Virus genome (UHGV): UHGV-0180981
Direction: 5' to 3' (one strand)
Length of the DNA stretch: 11,886 nt
Source of the DNA: a virus
Every line of letters starts with the position of its first letter. Position 1 is the first letter of the stretch. Positions 8,064 through 11,886 of the stretch are shown in pieces. Both the position numbers and the translations under genes were made by a program. Below the pieces are notes generated by a model. The model had not been told where the DNA came from. It ran no database searches and worked only from the letters and a program-made list of their open reading frames with translations.

Positions 8064-8744
8064 ATGTCTGACCAGAATGTTAATCCGTACCTTTCCGGTG
8101 CTGATACTGCATCGCAGCAATCGCCGTACATGGCTGCACCTGTTGGCGCTGACAATGGCGCATCCCGCTTTAGCTCTGCGCCTGCTGATGCTGATTTCCT
8201 CCGTACCCAACCCGTTAACGGTAATGATGGCGGCCAATGGAATAATGGCAGTATCGCGAATCAGCAGGATCAGAACGCTGACAGCGCCGGGGCGCAGGTG
8301 GGCGATACTATCTCCCTGATGGATGGAACAGCTATTGAGTACACCGCCGAGCTGCAAGGATTGATGGGACAGTTTCATCAGTCTGTCGAAAGCCAGCTAG
8401 GGCAAGGGACAGTTGACGCTATGTTGCAGTACGCTGGCACGCTCGATGCCGGGACGCAATCGACCCTTGAACGGATGGTTATGTCTGGCGACCCTGCGCA
8501 GATGCAGCGAGCCGTTCAGTATCTGCAAGAGAGGATGGCTGGCGGTTCCATTACCGGTTACGTCCCGAACGGCCAGACTGCCGCGCAACCTGTCGGAATG
8601 TCACATGCTGAGTTTATAGCAGCGTATGACCAGCTTTCGCAGTGGGCGCAGCAATCAGGGTATGGCCCCGGCCATCGCCAGTACGACGAACAATACCGCG
8701 CTCTGGTTGCGCAGCGCTCCGCTGGCAAACGTGCTGGCCGCTAA
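8064..8744 (+). CDS. Hypothetical protein, 226 aa, low-complexity N-terminal half, helical C-terminal half
   Basis: AGGAGA RBS 8 nt upstream; starts 3 nt after previous stop. Confidence 0.6.
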   Translation: MSDQNVNPYLSGADTASQQSPYMAAPVGADNGASRFSSAPADADFLRTQPVNGNDGGQWNNGSIANQQDQNADSAGAQVGDTISLMDGTAIEYTAELQGLMGQFHQSVESQLGQGTVDAMLQYAGTLDAGTQSTLERMVMSGDPAQMQRAVQYLQERMAGGSITGYVPNGQTAAQPVGMSHAEFIAAYDQLSQWAQQSGYGPGHRQYDEQYRALVAQRSAGKRAGR

Positions 8745-8861
8745 CACCCAACGGTGGAATGCGCCCTGCAAGACTGAGTGCGCACCAACCCGGTACTACC
8801 ACACCAATCTATGCGCATGAGTCCCCGCAAGCCGTATTCTGCGCGGCATCTGAAAGCCTGT

Positions 8862-8887
8862 TTTTAATTAACCGAGGTTCGTAATGA
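8862..8887. promoter_or_regulatory. hix/gix-like 26-bp site with core AACCGAGGTT
   Basis: Core 8870-8879 is the gix crossover-region sequence; each flanking half-site matches the hix half-site consensus at about 8/12; overlaps the ATG at 8884. Confidence 0.25.
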
Positions 8888-9297
8888 GTACCTGTAATTT
8901 CCATGCCGTGGAGCGTGTCGCTGACGTGCGCCCGGATTTCGCCTTGCCGCTGGGTAGATGCGATCACATTTACCCTGAGCGTGTGCAGCACGTTTTCAAT
9001 CCAGACGAGGCGGTTTATATCGTTGCCCGGTCTGCCACATCCGGCACCCGCACATCTGGCGTTAGCCGTGGGCTTTCCCCTGTGCTGCCGCCGAAGATGG
9101 CCGAGCGCATGCGCGAACGTGAACGGCACGAGAAGAATCGAGCCAGACCCCGCAATGTGATCACTGAGGCAGTACGCGCTGACATTATCGAGCGCTCTGC
9201 AAAAGGTCAGAAGAATCGTTACATTGCAAGCAAGGTTGGTGTGTCTGAAACCTCTGTGCGGAAGGTGTTGAACATGGCGCGTATGAGTGCGCACTAA
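8884..9297 (+). CDS. DNA-binding protein with C-terminal Hin/resolvase-type HTH, 137 aa
   Basis: C-terminal RPRNVITEAVRADIIERSAKGQKNRYIASKVGVSETSVRKVL resembles the Hin DNA-binding domain; no catalytic domain; true start may be an internal Met. Confidence 0.55.
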   Translation: MSTCNFHAVERVADVRPDFALPLGRCDHIYPERVQHVFNPDEAVYIVARSATSGTRTSGVSRGLSPVLPPKMAERMRERERHEKNRARPRNVITEAVRADIIERSAKGQKNRYIASKVGVSETSVRKVLNMARMSAH

Positions 9298-9493
9298 TGC
9301 AAGGTAATACGTTCGCCTTACTTCACGCGCATTAACCCCTGAGAACCGCGCCAGCTCTGGCCTCAAAACGCCCATTCGGGGCACCTCATCCCTTTAATCG
9401 ATACCGTTCTGAATCCTGCCTCGGCGGGAGGATTCCGCACGTCTGTGCCATGACGATGGCGCGGGCTTCATCAACCTATGTAGGAGTTTTGTT

Positions 9494-9991
9494 ATGGCTG
9501 ATACTTCGTACAGTCCCGATCTGTTTCGCCCACACTATGGCGGGGTGGAATCCGACAATGATATTCACATCGAGGCTTATGACCGGGACATCCAGACCCG
9601 TTTAGAGTCCAAATCTGTATTTCTGGCCGAGGGGCTGTCTACATACAGGCCGCTGAAAGCCAGCAACCAATATCGTGTTGATCGCCTGAGTGGTGATCTG
9701 GAGGTGAAGGGCAGAGCCGCAGGGCAATCGCTGGAGCATACCGCCGTTAAGTCGGACAAGCTGATTATCTCTGTGGATACGCTGAGCTATCTCCGCATCC
9801 CGATTGACTATCAGGAGGACTGGACAGCACCCACTTTTCGCTCAGAGCTGAGCCGCAATATGGGTACTGCTCACGCTAAATTCTACGACGAAGCGCACAC
9901 CATCCAGCTAATCAAAGCGACTGACTTTGTATCGCCGCCGACACTGCAACCAACGTTTAACCCACTAAGCGAGTCCATTCCAGAGCAATAG
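9494..9991 (+). CDS. Hypothetical protein, 165 aa; possibly an N-terminal fragment of a T7-like major capsid protein
   Basis: AGGAG RBS 8 nt upstream; by-eye resemblance to T7 gp10 N-terminal region (LF...GG, ED...RSExxxxxGxxxA); ORF ends at about half normal capsid length. Confidence 0.55.
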   Translation: MADTSYSPDLFRPHYGGVESDNDIHIEAYDRDIQTRLESKSVFLAEGLSTYRPLKASNQYRVDRLSGDLEVKGRAAGQSLEHTAVKSDKLIISVDTLSYLRIPIDYQEDWTAPTFRSELSRNMGTAHAKFYDEAHTIQLIKATDFVSPPTLQPTFNPLSESIPEQ

Positions 9992-10154
9992 CATCCCGAA
10001 ACAATCGCGCTTGGCGTACATCGCGTGTCCCTGTGCTTTTCATAAAGTAGCGCTTCCCTTGGAACAGGTGGCGCATGTAGTTGGGGATAGCTATCCGCAC
10101 GAGGTAATTCCCGCAGGGATCTAAAACTAGATAACGATCTCTCTTGAAACTCAT
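9957..10154 (-). pseudogene. Tyrosine integrase N-terminal remnant (about 65 codons)
   Basis: YLVRIAIPNYMRHLFQGKRYFMKSTGTRDVRQARLFRDAIALEWTRL fits the integrase N-terminal arm-binding pattern; stops after 65 codons, no catalytic domain; sits about 130 bp inside the right repeat. Confidence 0.35.
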
Positions 10155-10159
10155 ACAAA

Positions 10160-10185
10160 CCCCGGTTATGTTGTCGGGGCTTTTT
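10160..10185 (+). terminator. Rho-independent terminator (plus strand) near right end of island
   Basis: CCCCG (10160-10164) pairs with CGGGG (10175-10179), optionally extended by a G-U pair, followed by 5 T (10181-10185). Confidence 0.5.
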
Positions 10186-10287
10186 CATGGCTAAACAGTC
10201 TGTGAAATGTGCCGGGGTCATGAGCTTTAGTCTAGCTAGTTCAACAAGTTAACGATGATTGTTGAAGCAAGCTAAGTCGCTATAACC

Positions 10288-10319
10288 CGTGCCGGTTCGA
10301 GTCCGGCCTTCGGCACCAA
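10288..10319 (+). repeat. Right copy of 32-bp direct repeat (attR-like; partial tRNA 3' end only)
   Basis: Identical to 46-77; upstream sequence does not match the tRNA body. Confidence 0.8.
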
Positions 10320-10333
10320 AAGATGCAAATCAA

Positions 10334-10357
10334 AGTCGCTTAAGGGCGGCTTTTTTT
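10334..10357 (+). terminator. Rho-independent terminator, probably the native leuX terminator displaced by the insertion
   Basis: AGTCGC/GCGGCT stem (one G-U pair), 6-nt loop, 7 T (10351-10357), immediately after the right repeat; no equivalent follows the tRNA at 77. Confidence 0.6.
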
Positions 10358-10714
10358 GTGTCTGAAATACACGTAAAGTTTTCCTTTCAACGGAAGACAA
10401 TCTGATTCAGCCAATATCAAATTTCTTATAAGTATAGAACAGAATATATTCTCATTCGATAATTGTCATATTTGTGCATAAGCTTTCCGGTGATTTTGAA
10501 AGGTTATTTGTCTTAGCCTGACGCTTTCCGCTTTATCCTGGAAAAGGAATGTCTGCTGTCCCGCATGGTTTAAACATCTCACATCTGCTGTAACGAACCT
10601 CAAACTTTCTCCATCATTGATTAACTTGCTGTGATTTTGGTCATTGCTCGGGAAGCTTCAGAAAGTTAAAGTAAAAATTATGTTCCTAAAATGTATGCGC
10701 AGGCCTGCATAACA

Positions 10715-11886
10715 ATGATGAATAAATCCAATTTTGAGTTCCTGAAGGGCGTCAACGATTTCACCTATGCCATTGCATGTGCGGCGGAAAATAACTACCC
10801 GGATGATCCCAATACTGCGCTGGTAAAAATGCGTATGTTTGGCGAAGCGACGGCAAAACATCTTGGTCTGCTGCTGGATATTCCTCCCTGTGAAAATCAG
10901 CACGAACTCCTGCGTGAGCTTGGAAAAATTGCCTTCGTTGACGACAGCATTCTTTCCGTGTTCCATAAATTACGTCGTATTGGTAACCAGGCTGTCCACG
11001 AATACCATAACGATCTTGATGATGCTCAGATGTGCTTACGGCTAGGTTTTCGGCTGGGCGTCTGGTACTACCGTTTGGTTACGAAAGATTATGACTTCCC
11101 TGTGCCTGTTTTTGTTTTACCGGAGCGCGGAGAAAATCTTTACCGTCAGGAAGTACTGACGTTAAAACAAAAGCTAGAAGAGCAGTCACGTGAGAAAGCA
11201 CTCAGTCAGGCTGAACTCGAAGCACAGCAGCAGAAACTGATTGCTCTGAACGGTTATATTGCCATTCTTGAAGGTAAGCAGCAGGAAACTGAAGCACAGA
11301 CATTGGCTCGTTTCTCAGCACTGGAAGCGCAGTTAGCTGAGAAAAATGCGAAGCTGGCTAAGCTCACGGAACAGGAAAGAAAAGCCTACCATAAAGAAAT
11401 TACCGACCAGGCCGTCAAGCGTACACTGAATCTCAGTGAAGAGGAGAGTCGCTTCCTGATTGACGCTCAGTTACGTAAAGCGGGTTGGCAGGCGGATAGT
11501 AAAATGCTGCGCTTTGCCAAAGGTGCTCGCCCGGAACCGGGTATTAATAAAGCGATTGCCGAATGGCCTACGGGCGTAGATGAAACGGGTAAGCAAGGAT
11601 TTGCGGATTATGTTCTGTTCGTTGGCCTCAAGCCCATCGCCGTTGTCGAAGCAAAACGTAAAAATATTGATGTTCCCGGCAAGCTGAATGAGGCTTATCG
11701 ATACAGTAAATATTTCGATAATGCGTTTTTGCGCGATACGCTTCTGGAGCAATTTACCCCCGACGATATACACGAAACCCTACCGGTTTACGAAATCAGC
11801 TGGCAAGATACCAGCGGCACACAGCGTTTTAAAATCCCCTTTTGCTACTCCACCAACGGGCGTGAATACCGCGCGGCAATGAAGAC
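10715..11886 (+). CDS. hsdR: Type I restriction enzyme R subunit (HsdR, EcoKI-like), N-terminal ~390 codons; continues past window end
   Basis: Hand translation from ATGATG at 10715 is open to the window end; N-terminus MMNKSNFEFLKGVNDFTYAIACAAENNYPDDPNTAL matches the recognised EcoKI-family HsdR N-terminus; coiled-coil Q/E/A-rich segment. Confidence 0.9.
   Translation, partial: MMNKSNFEFLKGVNDFTYAIACAAENNYPDDPNTALVKMRMFGEATAKHLGLLLDIPPCENQHELLRELGKIAFVDDSILSVFHKLRRIGNQAVHEYHNDLDDAQMCLRLGFRLGVWYYRLVTKDYDFPVPVFVLPERGENLYRQEVLTLKQKLEEQSREKALSQAELEAQQQKLIALNGYIAILEGKQQETEAQTLARFSALEAQLAEKNAKLAKLTEQERKAYHKEITDQAVKRTLNLSEEESRFLIDAQLRKAGWQADSKMLRFAKGARPEPGINKAIAEWPTGVDETGKQGFADYVLFVGLKPIAVVEAKRKNIDVPGKLNEAYRYSKYFDNAFLRDTLLEQFTPDDIHETLPVYEISWQDTSGTQRFKIPFCYSTNGREYRAAMK

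Larger units (their letters stand above)
77..10287. mobile_element. Integrated genomic island at tRNA-Leu, apparently decayed (integrase reduced to a fragment)
   Basis: Bounded by direct repeats of the tRNA 3' end; mosaic GC content; carries recombinase, helicase and phage-like small genes; chromosomal tRNA terminator and hsdR resume right of the right repeat. Confidence 0.65.

Noticed and set aside
9883-10221. 112-aa minus-strand ORF
   Set aside because: Reads straight through the terminator hairpin and has no recognisable features; the integrase-like signal is in the other frame (9957-10154).
10658-11773. Minus-strand ORFs inside hsdR and the short plus-strand ORFs 10839-11045 and 11688-11882
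   Set aside because: Antisense or out-of-frame to a confidently recognised hsdR reading frame.
1-11886. CRISPR array, rRNA, IS transposase
   Set aside because: No regularly spaced repeat-spacer structure, no rRNA-like sequence, no transposase-like ORF or terminal inverted repeats seen.

Overview
The window starts inside a tRNA-Leu(CAA) gene (leuX-type) and ends inside a type I restriction enzyme R-subunit gene (hsdR, EcoKI-like N-terminus). Between them lies a ~10.2 kb insertion bounded by a 32-bp direct repeat of the tRNA 3' end (46-77 and 10288-10319); the tRNA's own intrinsic terminator sits just right of the right-hand repeat. The insertion is compositionally mosaic. Its AT-rich left arm carries a 304-aa orphan ORF on the minus strand and a candidate structured small RNA. 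Next comes a small serine recombinase (resolvase/invertase class) with repeat clusters upstream, then ~1.25 kb without credible coding that includes an A-depleted segment and four iteron-like repeats. A plus-strand gene array follows, led by a RecQ-like SF2 helicase with an uncharacterised ~270-aa N-terminal domain and nine small genes, several translationally coupled and several with HTH motifs. The right end appears to hold two converging gene remnants (capsid-like fragment, tyrosine-integrase N-terminal fragment), suggesting a deletion-decayed phage- or satellite-like element. The helicase-led array is the best candidate for an undescribed system, but its function (defence versus replication) cannot be decided from sequence alone. 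No CRISPR array, rRNA or transposase was seen. All similarity statements are by-eye motif recognition, not database searches.
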